DNA from: Staphylococcus phage S6
Length of the DNA stretch: 64,000 bases
Strand: one strand, 5' to 3'
Sequence record: LC680885.1
In this document: positions 36,087-44,491 of the stretch, piece after piece
Layout: every line of letters starts with the position of its first letter
Position numbering within the stretch: position 1 is the first letter of the stretch
The notes under the pieces: generated by a model
Told to the model about the DNA's origin: nothing
The model's input: the letters and a program-made list of their open reading frames with translations, nothing else
Database searches by the model: none
Program-made: the position numbers and the translations under genes

Positions 36087-37139
36087 ATGTCCAAATATGA
36101 TTTAACTTTATATCATCATTTAAAACAAGAAGTAAAACCATGTAGATTAACAACTTCACAGGATGAGACAATGATACGTTGTCCTTTCTGTGGAGATTCT
36201 AAAAAGTCTAAAAGTTCAACACATTTATATATACAAAATAGAACTCCATTTAAATATTTCTGTCAAAGATGTAATGCTTCTGGAGTTATGAGTAATAAAG
36301 TTTTAGCTATGTTAAATAGTGGTAATGTAGAAATAAATAGTTATATTAACAATCAATATAATGAATATATTTCTAATATGAATAAAAAATATGGCAAATC
36401 TTTTATCAATAGAAATACAAAAGAATTAAAATACTACCCAAATAAATATACCGATTTAGAAATAAGCAAGATTAATTATATTAATGAAAGATTGGGTATT
36501 AACATAGATGAGAAGGATATTGAATTATATAAGATTATTTTAAATATAGAAGATTTTTATAAGAATAATGAATTTGATATAGATAATCAATATCAAATAA
36601 ATAATCTTAATAATAATTATTTTAGTTATATGTTGAACGATAAGAACACTATTAATTGTAGATTAATGAATAGTGACACATTTGGGGCTAATGGGAAGAA
36701 ACATTTTAAACAAAAAATATTTAAGAATTTAGCTGATGAAAGTACTAGATTTTATTCAATTAAGAATGAATTAAGATTGGATAGAAGAGTATATAATATT
36801 CATATAGCTGAAGGATTCTTTGATATATTGGGGATATTTAATCATGTGTATAATAAAGAAATAAATGACAATGATATATTTATAGCTAATAACGGAAAAG
36901 GTTATAAATTTGTATTAAATTATCTAAATAGTTTAGGTATACTTAATATGAATATAAATATTTATTCCGATAGAGATGTTAAAATTACTGATTATCGCAG
37001 TAAGAGAATGCTCGGTAATTCGCTACCAGTAATTTTAAATGATGCTAATATATATTATAATGAATTTGAAGATGAGAAAGATTTTGGGGTAACAAAAGAT
37101 AAAATAAAATTATCAGAACCAATTAAGTTTAATCAATAA
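36087..37139 (+). CDS. DnaG-like DNA primase (zinc ribbon + TOPRIM)
   Basis: Zinc ribbon CPFCGDS...CQRC. TOPRIM-like EGFFD (HIAEGFFDILG) and DxD (YSDRDVKITD). Confidence 0.5.
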   Translation: MSKYDLTLYHHLKQEVKPCRLTTSQDETMIRCPFCGDSKKSKSSTHLYIQNRTPFKYFCQRCNASGVMSNKVLAMLNSGNVEINSYINNQYNEYISNMNKKYGKSFINRNTKELKYYPNKYTDLEISKINYINERLGINIDEKDIELYKIILNIEDFYKNNEFDIDNQYQINNLNNNYFSYMLNDKNTINCRLMNSDTFGANGKKHFKQKIFKNLADESTRFYSIKNELRLDRRVYNIHIAEGFFDILGIFNHVYNKEINDNDIFIANNGKGYKFVLNYLNSLGILNMNINIYSDRDVKITDYRSKRMLGNSLPVILNDANIYYNEFEDEKDFGVTKDKIKLSEPIKFNQ

Positions 37140-37146
37140 ATAAATT

Positions 37147-37156
37147 TATATTATAA
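37147..37156 (+). promoter_or_regulatory. TATATTATAA motif
   Basis: Precedes conserved hairpin copy 5. Confidence 0.35.
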
Positions 37157-37160
37157 AAGT

Positions 37161-37196
37161 GAGGTAATGGATATTATATTCATTACCTCTAATATT
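37161..37196 (+). repeat. Conserved hairpin element, copy 5 (G·U-compatible substitution)
   Basis: gaggtaatgga-tattata-ttcattacctc-taatatt. Confidence 0.7.
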
Positions 37197-37222
37197 ATTT
37201 ACACTAGGAGAGTGAATTGGAT

Positions 37223-37723
37223 ATGGCAAAAGAAATTTTTAGTTCAGAAGATATTTTTAAGGATTTAACAGATTTTCACACAGAAAGTAGATTAGAGGAA
37301 TTTAGTCACAAGAATATTTTAACATCTTTATTAGAAAATGCAGATAGTAAAAATAATTTAGAAAAAATAATATTGATTCTATCTATAAATATTAATTCAT
37401 CTTTAAAAAATTTAAATTCTATTGAAGATGAAATGATAGATGTTTTTAGTAAAGAAATAGATATTAAGAAAGATAAAGATAATATTGATTTGCTATTAAA
37501 AAATCTTAGAAATGTTAAAGATAATTCAAGTATGGAAGACATTAAAGAATATTTAGTATTAGAAGTATCTTTAGATGAGGTTATTGATAAAATTAATGAA
37601 GATGATTTTTATAATGAAGAAGTAAAAGATTTATATCTTAAATTCTATAATAATCTTTCTATTTTAATTATATCTTTTAAATTGTTAACATTCTATAATG
37701 GTTTTAATAATGTAGTATCTTAA
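37223..37723 (+). CDS. Hypothetical protein
   Basis: SD taggagagtgaattggatATG. The track start is TTG 37217. Confidence 0.55.
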   Translation: MAKEIFSSEDIFKDLTDFHTESRLEEFSHKNILTSLLENADSKNNLEKIILILSININSSLKNLNSIEDEMIDVFSKEIDIKKDKDNIDLLLKNLRNVKDNSSMEDIKEYLVLEVSLDEVIDKINEDDFYNEEVKDLYLKFYNNLSILIISFKLLTFYNGFNNVVS

Positions 37724-37752
37724 TTAAATTTAATATAAGGAGAATGATTAGA

Positions 37753-38373
37753 ATGAGAGATAAATTTTTATTATTTGAAAATGATGATAATAGCATATAT
37801 ATGCTATTATCAAATTTTAAATTCAATAAAGAAATTAAAATAGATTATACACATGATATAAAAAATATCGATGATGTTCCTAAGTATTTTAATAAAGGAA
37901 TAAAGAGATTTAAAATGAGATATGACTTTCATTCAGGCCATATTATTAGACAAGATGAATTTTACAACTACATGGATAATTTAGATGCTGATTTTAAAAA
38001 TTCAAATGCTAAAGCTTTAGAGAAAATAACTTTCTCTAATCTTATTAGTGATGATAAAATCAATATAGTATATACAGGTAAGAAAGATGATAATAATAAA
38101 ATTGTAAAAACTAATATTTACTTTATTGTCCCTGTTAGTATTGCTTCTGAAGAAATAAATTCAAATCTAATATCTTTAGATATTACAGCTATGAATAAAA
38201 GATTAAATGATGTTTATAAATCTGAAACAACTAATCAGAAACTATTAGGAATAAAACCTAGTGTTACAAATATCAATATTATTGATAGACAAAATAAAAT
38301 TATTAATGAATACTTTAGAGATATAGGAGTAGATTATAACTTTATTAATGATTTTAGTAAATCAGAAGAATAA
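37753..38373 (+). CDS. Hypothetical protein
   Basis: SD aaggagaatgattagaATG. The track start 37744 uses an ATG inside the SD region. Confidence 0.5.
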   Translation: MRDKFLLFENDDNSIYMLLSNFKFNKEIKIDYTHDIKNIDDVPKYFNKGIKRFKMRYDFHSGHIIRQDEFYNYMDNLDADFKNSNAKALEKITFSNLISDDKINIVYTGKKDDNNKIVKTNIYFIVPVSIASEEINSNLISLDITAMNKRLNDVYKSETTNQKLLGIKPSVTNINIIDRQNKIINEYFRDIGVDYNFINDFSKSEE

Positions 38374-38387
38374 AGGAGGATATATTT

Positions 38388-39119
38388 ATGATTGAAGAAG
38401 CTTTTAAATTGAATTTCATAAGTCTAATATTAAATATACCTTACTTTTTAATATCAATTTACTTATTTTATTATTTTTATACTTACAAGAAAATTAAAAA
38501 TAATAAAGATGATATATACGATGTAGCACCAGTAGCTTTTACAAGTTATTTGAGTATAATAATTATAATTATACTCAAATTATCTACTAATAGTTTATCT
38601 CAATATGGTAATTTGATATATCATCCTTTTAAAATATTTACTTTAATTATAGTAGGTTTGATGATGTATGTTGTACTGGATGCTTCATTATTTATATTTG
38701 ATAAGATGAAAAGCTCATTAAAGATATTCATTGTATTGAATATCTTTTTAATTGCATTATTAATATCTGATTCATTATTGTTTAATATGATTATTATGAT
38801 AGTTATATCAATTCTATTAATTTTGACTTCATTATACTTTACAGTTGATCATTTAGATAGTAAAGATAAATATGTAAAAATAACTTTTTGCACATTCTTT
38901 ACTTTATTCCCTCTATTTTTATCACTGTTAGTTATAAATATGGATGTAATTAAATTTAACTTAATAGATGTTAATACTAATAATAAAATTGATAATATGC
39001 ATTTAGTTATAATTGTGCAAATAATTTTACTAATATGGAACTTAGTAGTAATGATATTCAAAATATTTAATATCAATATATACACCGTTATATCAGAAGT
39101 ATTTAAAAGAAATAAATGA
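38388..39119 (+). CDS. Polytopic membrane protein (~6 TM)
   Basis: SD aaaggagg. Hydrophobic throughout. Confidence 0.6.
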   Translation: MIEEAFKLNFISLILNIPYFLISIYLFYYFYTYKKIKNNKDDIYDVAPVAFTSYLSIIIIIILKLSTNSLSQYGNLIYHPFKIFTLIIVGLMMYVVLDASLFIFDKMKSSLKIFIVLNIFLIALLISDSLLFNMIIMIVISILLILTSLYFTVDHLDSKDKYVKITFCTFFTLFPLFLSLLVINMDVIKFNLIDVNTNNKIDNMHLVIIVQIILLIWNLVVMIFKIFNINIYTVISEVFKRNK

Positions 39120-39123
39120 ATAT

Positions 39124-39176
39124 TAGGATAATGATCAAATTAATGGTCATTATCCTAATATTATTTTCTTTTTTTT
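39124..39176 (+). terminator. Rho-independent terminator
   Basis: Stem taggataatgatca/tggtcattatccta (one G·U) followed by atattattttcttttttttg. Confidence 0.7.
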
Positions 39177-39198
39177 GTAACTACTATTATTTTAGATA

Positions 39199-39208
39199 TA
39201 TATTATAA
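39199..39208 (+). promoter_or_regulatory. TATATTATAA motif
   Basis: Followed by ttATGAAGggagg; no intervening hairpin. Confidence 0.35.
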
Positions 39209-39230
39209 TTATGAAGGGAGGAATATAATA

Positions 39231-39476
39231 ATGATATTTAATATTCTAATAGCAATTGCATATGAGATGCTTGTTTCTTTAGGTTTAGGTGTTTCAGCTT
39301 TTTATATATCTTTATTTTTATTAAGATATATAAAAAATAATATTATCAAGAAAGAAATTAAAAATGAAAATAGAAAGTTATTTTATTTTTCATTATTAAT
39401 AGTTATAATATTTATGTCAATAAAATCATACGTTGATATAAAATTAAGTATTATAGAACAAATATTGAAAATGTAA
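39231..39476 (+). CDS. Small membrane protein
   Basis: SD gaagggagg. Two TM segments. Confidence 0.55.
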   Translation: MIFNILIAIAYEMLVSLGLGVSAFYISLFLLRYIKNNIIKKEIKNENRKLFYFSLLIVIIFMSIKSYVDIKLSIIEQILKM

Positions 39477-39503
39477 AAAGCGTAACATAAGATATTTTAA
39501 TTA

Positions 39504-39513
39504 TATATTATAA
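39504..39513 (+). promoter_or_regulatory. TATATTATAA motif inside the repeated AAAGCGTAAC module
   Basis: aaaagcgtaacataagatattttaattatatattataattatgaag. Confidence 0.35.
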
Positions 39514-39570
39514 TTATGAAGATATAATAATATTAATTATATCTTTAATAAAAATAAAGGAGAAATTAAA

Positions 39571-39849
39571 ATGACAGAATTTGAAAATGAAATTAAAGTA
39601 TCAAAAGAGGAGAAGAAGATTAAAAGATTTATTGATCAAGGTATTGATAATTTATCTGATACTGTGGGAGAGAATATTGAAGGTATTCCATTATCTTTAA
39701 CTGATTATTTTCCTAAAATAAAGAAATTAATTATTAAATTAATTGATCGAGAAGAAAGTGATGAAATTAAAATGACAAATGAATTAGGTGAAGTATTTAA
39801 ATTTAATAGAACTTCACACGATATTTATTTAACATCAACTAAATTTTAA
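39571..39849 (+). CDS. Hypothetical small protein
   Basis: SD aaaggagaaattaaaATG. Confidence 0.55.
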   Translation: MTEFENEIKVSKEEKKIKRFIDQGIDNLSDTVGENIEGIPLSLTDYFPKIKKLIIKLIDREESDEIKMTNELGEVFKFNRTSHDIYLTSTKF

Positions 39850-39895
39850 TGAAAACTTTCTATGATCCAACAATAAAATTAAAGGTGTGGTATGT

Positions 39896-40519
39896 ATGAT
39901 TAAAGTCAATGAGCTATTAACAGAAGTTAAGGAAATAAAAACAAATGACAGTTATACGAAATTAATAAATGAGTATAGGGATATTATTAATGAAGAATAT
40001 ATATCTTATAAACCGTTAAAAGATTATTACAATTTTATTATATATTATCTAGAGAAATCTAGAAATCAAGCATTGGAATCTAACAACTTTAATGAATCCA
40101 ATTTAAATATCAAATTATTAATAGAAGATCTAATGATATTAAAAGATATTGTTAAATCTAATATTTTTGATACTAAAGAAGTAATCAGATCTACTGGGTT
40201 TAAATTAACAAATGGTAGTACATTTGATAGAGTTATCAAATACATTAAAGATAAACTAGATGAATTAATTATAGAAATAAATTCAAATAATTATAAATAT
40301 CAAAATATCTATTTCTATCTACCTGAACTAAATAATCTATTGCATAATACAATTCATATAGAACGTGTTTTAGATAAATATAAGAATAATGTAGATATTA
40401 TTAATATAAATAAATATAATTTATTTGAAATGATGCCTTGTAATGATATTATGGATAAAGATGAATTTTATATAATGGTTAATCATTTATATGATTTAGG
40501 TGTTTTAGAAAAAGCGTAA
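39896..40519 (+). CDS. Hypothetical protein
   Basis: The track starts at GTG 39887; ATG 39896 is also possible. SD-like aaaggtgtgg. Confidence 0.5.
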   Translation: MIKVNELLTEVKEIKTNDSYTKLINEYRDIINEEYISYKPLKDYYNFIIYYLEKSRNQALESNNFNESNLNIKLLIEDLMILKDIVKSNIFDTKEVIRSTGFKLTNGSTFDRVIKYIKDKLDELIIEINSNNYKYQNIYFYLPELNNLLHNTIHIERVLDKYKNNVDIININKYNLFEMMPCNDIMDKDEFYIMVNHLYDLGVLEKA

Positions 40520-40537
40520 CATGTAATAAAATAAGTA

Positions 40538-40547
40538 TATATTATAA
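40538..40547 (+). promoter_or_regulatory. TATATTATAA motif inside the repeated AAAGCGTAAC module
   Basis: Same module as at 39.5 kb. Confidence 0.35.
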
Positions 40548-40606
40548 TTATGAAGAAAGATAAAGTATTAATATCTTTCTAAATAAATCAAATGGAGGAA
40601 TTTAAA

Positions 40607-40777
40607 ATGAAAAAGAATTTATTATTAAAATCAGCAGTGGGATTTGGGTTAGGTATTGTATTAGGTGTAGTAAGTAATAAAATTGATGAAATGGTTATGC
40701 AAAAGGAAATGGAAAAGCAAATCTTTAAAAGAGCTTCAGAAATAACTTTTGAACATCCATTCAATAATCTAAAATAA
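40607..40777 (+). CDS. Small membrane peptide, paralog of 41305..41409 and 42033..42227
   Basis: aaATGGAGGaatttaaaATG: the track start 40592 is the ATG inside the SD. KSAVGFGLGIVLGVV. Confidence 0.5.
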   Translation: MKKNLLLKSAVGFGLGIVLGVVSNKIDEMVMQKEMEKQIFKRASEITFEHPFNNLK

Positions 40778-40858
40778 AGGAGGAAAGAGGATAATTGTTT
40801 TAAAGACCTAATGGACAAGGATCAAGTTCATTAGGTCTATAATTTTCTATGATCCAAA
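40770..40858 (+). repeat. ~88 bp direct repeat, copy 1 (identical to 41402..41489)
   Basis: ctaaaataaaggaggaaagaggataattgttttaaagacctaatggacaaggatcaagttcattaggtctataattttctatgatccaa. Confidence 0.8.
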
Positions 40859-40880
40859 AAATAAAAAGGAGCTAAAATCA

Positions 40881-41195
40881 ATGAATAACAAAACTAAATT
40901 AGCAGAATTAAGAAAAGAATTAAAAATCGTATATTCGGATATACAATTGAGCAAAACAAGTACTATAGAAGAAAGACTTCACAAGAAAAAGGAAAGACTA
41001 ATTAAAGAAATTAATGAAATATTAGAAAAAGATCAAAATGTTTTCGATAGAGAAAAACATATAGCAAGAGTTAAAGATCAGAATAACGATAACATTCACA
41101 AGGGATCAGATGAATTTTCTAAGGCAGGTAGACTCCATAGAAAATATCAGAAGCAAGATAAACACAACATTTTCAATAATCCAGTACAAGATTAA
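40881..41195 (+). CDS. Small basic protein, paralog of 41704..42009 (shared ...KAGRLH...)
   Basis: SD aaaaggagc. Conserved FSKAGRLHRKYQ vs YAKAGRLHQSFQ. Confidence 0.55.
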   Translation: MNNKTKLAELRKELKIVYSDIQLSKTSTIEERLHKKKERLIKEINEILEKDQNVFDREKHIARVKDQNNDNIHKGSDEFSKAGRLHRKYQKQDKHNIFNNPVQD

Positions 41196-41237
41196 AAAGT
41201 TGAATTTGAAAAAGCGTAACGTAAGATATTTTAATTA

Positions 41238-41247
41238 TATATTATAA
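41238..41247 (+). promoter_or_regulatory. TATATTATAA motif inside the repeated AAAGCGTAAC module
   Basis: Same module. Confidence 0.35.
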
Positions 41248-41304
41248 TAATGAAGAAAGAGATTATCATTAACTCTTTCTAATAAATTAAAAGGAGAAAT
41301 TATT

Positions 41305-41409
41305 ATGAAAAACTTAGTATTGAAATTAGTAGCAGGATTTGGATTAGGAATTGTGATGGCAGTTGTTTTAGACAAGATTGAAGAAATGACGTTCTCTAAT
41401 TTAAAATAA
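41305..41409 (+). CDS. Tiny membrane peptide (34 aa), not in the track
   Basis: SD aaaaggagaaattattATG. LVAGFGLGIVMAVV. It ends ...SNLK, inside the 88-bp direct repeat. Confidence 0.4.
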   Translation: MKNLVLKLVAGFGLGIVMAVVLDKIEEMTFSNLK

Positions 41410-41489
41410 AGGAGGAAAGAGGATAATTGTTTTAAAGACCTAATGGACAAGGATCAAGTTCATTAGGTCTATAATTTTCTATGATCCAA
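41402..41489 (+). repeat. ~88 bp direct repeat, copy 2
   Basis: Identical to copy 1. Includes the last codons (...NLK*) of a small TM-peptide gene, a strong SD, a 10 bp-stem hairpin and the TTTCTATGATCCA motif. Confidence 0.8.
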
Positions 41490-41521
41490 ACTAAAACTAA
41501 AAATAAAAAGGAGAAATTAAA

Positions 41522-41698
41522 ATGTTAGAATTAAATGGAATTGAATTTGTAAATGAAAAGGAAATTAAAGAAGAGGAATTATTATTTAATTATTCAGATG
41601 AAGCAAGATATCCATCTGAACAGGCTTATAGAGAAGTAGATTTAATCATTGAGAGCTTCGACAATACAGCTTTCGGATTAAGAAAATGGGGAGTGTAA
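41522..41698 (+). CDS. Small acidic protein (58 aa), not in the track
   Basis: SD aaaaaggagaaattaaaATG. Confidence 0.4.
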   Translation: MLELNGIEFVNEKEIKEEELLFNYSDEARYPSEQAYREVDLIIESFDNTAFGLRKWGV

Positions 41699-41703
41699 TT
41701 AAA

Positions 41704-42009
41704 ATGGTCAGAGAAGAAAAAATCAAACAAATGAAACAAGAATTACAAGCAATTTTAGACAAAGAAATTAGGTTTAATGGTAAACCAATTTCAAATAAAC
41801 AATTTGAGAGAAAATTAGAACTAATGAAACAAATAGAAAAGTTAAAATTTGACATTAGATCAGAAAGATATCTGAGAAATGTCAAAAAGAATAAAATCAC
41901 TGAGTTTAAGGGTAAAAGTGATTATGCGAAAGCAGGAAGACTACATCAATCTTTCCAAAGTAAAGAAGAGCATAAAATATGGAAAGAAGATTTATTAGTA
42001 ATTCAATAA
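41704..42009 (+). CDS. Small basic protein, paralog of 40881..41195
   Basis: The track start 41686 lies inside the upstream ORF. ATG 41704 follows aaaatggggagtg. Confidence 0.5.
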   Translation: MVREEKIKQMKQELQAILDKEIRFNGKPISNKQFERKLELMKQIEKLKFDIRSERYLRNVKKNKITEFKGKSDYAKAGRLHQSFQSKEEHKIWKEDLLVIQ

Positions 42010-42032
42010 TATATTAAATGGAGGAATTTAAA

Positions 42033-42227
42033 ATGAAAAAGATTATTAAATTAAAAACTGAGTATGCATTAATTTTAGGAATGTTAGTTGGGCTATTATT
42101 AGGATTATTAACTATGAATTTCTTTTTAGCGTTAGATATTATGTTCATGACAACTTTAGCATTTGTAGGTATGAATCATTATATCGGTGAAAAAAGAATG
42201 AATAATAGAAAAGGGGAAGTAAATTAA
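42033..42227 (+). CDS. Small membrane peptide (paralog family)
   Basis: aaATGGAGGaatttaaaATG. The track start 42018 is the ATG in the SD. Confidence 0.5.
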   Translation: MKKIIKLKTEYALILGMLVGLLLGLLTMNFFLALDIMFMTTLAFVGMNHYIGEKRMNNRKGEVN

Positions 42228-42228
42228 T

Positions 42229-42423
42229 ATGCAGAATAAAATTAAGATAAAACCATGGATAGTATTTTGGACCGTATTTATTATTGGATTTATAGTTGGA
42301 GAAATTCTAGGTTATGTAGAAGGTAAATCATTGTTTGTAGGTATCGTATCAGCATTTATTTGTTTAGGAATTAATTATATGGTTGGAGAAATTAGAAGAG
42401 ATATTATTAGAAATAGAAAATAA
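42229..42423 (+). CDS. Small membrane peptide
   Basis: taatATG overlaps the upstream stop. Two TM segments. Confidence 0.5.
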   Translation: MQNKIKIKPWIVFWTVFIIGFIVGEILGYVEGKSLFVGIVSAFICLGINYMVGEIRRDIIRNRK

Positions 42424-42456
42424 AAATTAATTAAATTATAAGGAGTTGAATTGGAT

Positions 42457-42564
42457 ATGTTATTAGAAAACTTCATTACAATTATCGTGTTACTTGGCTT
42501 AATGAAATTTACAGGTTGTTTCAAATTTATGAAAGAAATCTGGTCTAACAAAGGTAACAAATAG
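42457..42564 (+). CDS. Tiny hydrophobic peptide (35 aa), not in the track
   Basis: SD aaggagttgaattggatATG. Confidence 0.35.
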   Translation: MLLENFITIIVLLGLMKFTGCFKFMKEIWSNKGNK

Positions 42565-42641
42565 CAATAAAAGAGTGGATTATTTTCTATGATCCACTCT
42601 ACATATTTAAATTAAAAAAAAAACGAAAAGAGGAAATTAAA

Positions 42642-43148
42642 ATGAAAAAATTATTAATGACATTAGCATCAATCGCTTTAATCGCAGTTATCGGAGCAGC
42701 AGGGATATTTGGTTATAGTAGTTTTAAAAGCTTAACAGTCAATAAAGAAGATAGTAAGACTGAAGAAGTATCTAAAAAGAAAGAAGACAAAAAAGAAAAG
42801 AAAGAACAAGAAGAATCAGATAATGTAGAAGTAAATCAACAACAAGATCAAACTCAAGAAGTAAATAATAATGAACGACAAAATCAAACTACAGAAGATA
42901 ATAATACAAATGTACAACAAAATCAACAACAAGAACCAGTAGTTGAAGAGAAAACTCAAGTAACAGATAATGAAGGTAATAATATAGATGATATGGATTC
43001 AGAAGAATTTATTTCTAAATATACGGAAGGAATGGATGAAGAAGAAGCTCAAACAGTAAAAGACATGGCTGAAGAAGATTCAGGATATGAAGATTTCTTA
43101 CGTGGACAAGTAGAAGCTAGACAAAACGGACAAGGCGGAAATTACTAA
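42642..43148 (+). CDS. Membrane-anchored Q/N/E-rich protein, paralog 1 of 3
   Basis: MKKLLMTLASIALIAVIGAAGIFGYSSFK signal anchor, then a low-complexity acidic/Q-rich region. Confidence 0.6.
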   Translation: MKKLLMTLASIALIAVIGAAGIFGYSSFKSLTVNKEDSKTEEVSKKKEDKKEKKEQEESDNVEVNQQQDQTQEVNNNERQNQTTEDNNTNVQQNQQQEPVVEEKTQVTDNEGNNIDDMDSEEFISKYTEGMDEEEAQTVKDMAEEDSGYEDFLRGQVEARQNGQGGNY

Positions 43149-43171
43149 TAAGAAGAAAAGAGTGAAATGAA

Positions 43172-43639
43172 ATGAAAAAAATCTTAAGTATTTTAACAGC
43201 GATAGCTTTAATCACAGTTATCGGAGCAGCAGGAGTATTCGGCTATAGTAGTTTTAAAGAATTAAATAATAGTAAAGATAGTCATAAAGTTGAAACAAGT
43301 AAAAAACAAAAAGAATCAGATGATAAAAATAACACTCAACAACAAGAACAAAATACATCAAAAGAAAACAACAATATCCAACAACAATCAAATGAAGATA
43401 GCCTAACAGAAAATATGGATGAAGAATATAAAAAACAACAGGAAATGTATGAAAGGCAATCAAAAGATGAAGCTCCAGAACCGGATTCTATAATTGGCAA
43501 CCCACCAAAAAATTATGAAACTCCAGAAAAAGATAAAATAACTATAAGTGAGTTAAGAGAAGTTTTAGGCGATGATATTGATGAAAGTAAAATTGATGAA
43601 GCAAAAGCGTCTGGCGAATATATTAATGATGAAGAATAA
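43172..43639 (+). CDS. Membrane-anchored Q/N/E-rich protein, paralog 2 of 3
   Basis: MKKILSILTAIALITVIGAAGVFGYSSFK. Confidence 0.6.
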   Translation: MKKILSILTAIALITVIGAAGVFGYSSFKELNNSKDSHKVETSKKQKESDDKNNTQQQEQNTSKENNNIQQQSNEDSLTENMDEEYKKQQEMYERQSKDEAPEPDSIIGNPPKNYETPEKDKITISELREVLGDDIDESKIDEAKASGEYINDEE

Positions 43640-43670
43640 AAAATAAATAAAAAGAATAGAGGAAAATAAA

Positions 43671-44147
43671 ATGAAAAAATTATTAGTATCATTATCAATC
43701 TTAGCAGTAATTGTAGTATTAGTAGCGGCAGGTGTGTTTGGATATTCAAAATATAAAGAAGTAGAAATGAAACAACAGAATTTAGAAACACAATTAGAAG
43801 AAAAAAATTCCAATGAGCAAACTAATGAAAACGATCAACAACAAGAACAAGCAAATACAAATGAATCTCAAAATCAAGAAAATAGTTCAACAAAAAACAA
43901 TAACGACAATAAACAAAAAGTATCTAGAGACAATGTATTTGACTATGCTTTAGCTGCAGTAAATGAAGTAGGTGACGCTGATTTAATGAAATTCCAAGAA
44001 CCTTCTTACAGTGATGGTGTATGGACAATTGACACTAATAATAAATCTGGTTCAGGATCTAATACTATAAAAGTATACGATGATGGCTGGGTACAGATAT
44101 ATGATGGATCTGGTGAAATAGCTCATGAAACAAAAATAGAACTATAA
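43671..44147 (+). CDS. Membrane-anchored Q/N/E-rich protein, paralog 3 of 3
   Basis: MKKLLVSLSILAVIVVLVAAGVFGYSKYK. Confidence 0.6.
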   Translation: MKKLLVSLSILAVIVVLVAAGVFGYSKYKEVEMKQQNLETQLEEKNSNEQTNENDQQQEQANTNESQNQENSSTKNNNDNKQKVSRDNVFDYALAAVNEVGDADLMKFQEPSYSDGVWTIDTNNKSGSGSNTIKVYDDGWVQIYDGSGEIAHETKIEL

Positions 44148-44167
44148 TTATTAAGGAGTGTTGATGA

Positions 44168-44413
44168 ATGATTAAAACAGAAACAAAAAATGAACATTTA
44201 TTTTTCAAATTTATTTCAGAATTAGGACTAACTAACGTGTATGATAACTTTATTGTAAGTGTTCCTTCAGGTCCTAAATTCATCAGATTAAATGAATTTG
44301 ATGAGGTAGAAGTGTATGAAAAATGCAATGAAAACCTAATCAAAGTAGTCAATATAGATACTAAATTTGATGATGTATTTTCGTTATTTTTCAAAATAAC
44401 GAAAGGAATTTAA
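44168..44413 (+). CDS. Hypothetical small protein
   Basis: SD taaggagtg. Confidence 0.55.
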   Translation: MIKTETKNEHLFFKFISELGLTNVYDNFIVSVPSGPKFIRLNEFDEVEVYEKCNENLIKVVNIDTKFDDVFSLFFKITKGI

Positions 44414-44421
44414 AATATTAT

Positions 44422-44472
44422 AGTCATGAATCTATTCAAGTAGATTCATGACTATTAATTATATATTTTTTT
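44422..44472 (+). terminator. Rho-independent terminator
   Basis: Stem agtcatgaatcta/tagattcatgact followed by attaattatatattttttt. Confidence 0.6.
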
Positions 44473-44491
44473 ATAAATATAAGAAAGAGAG

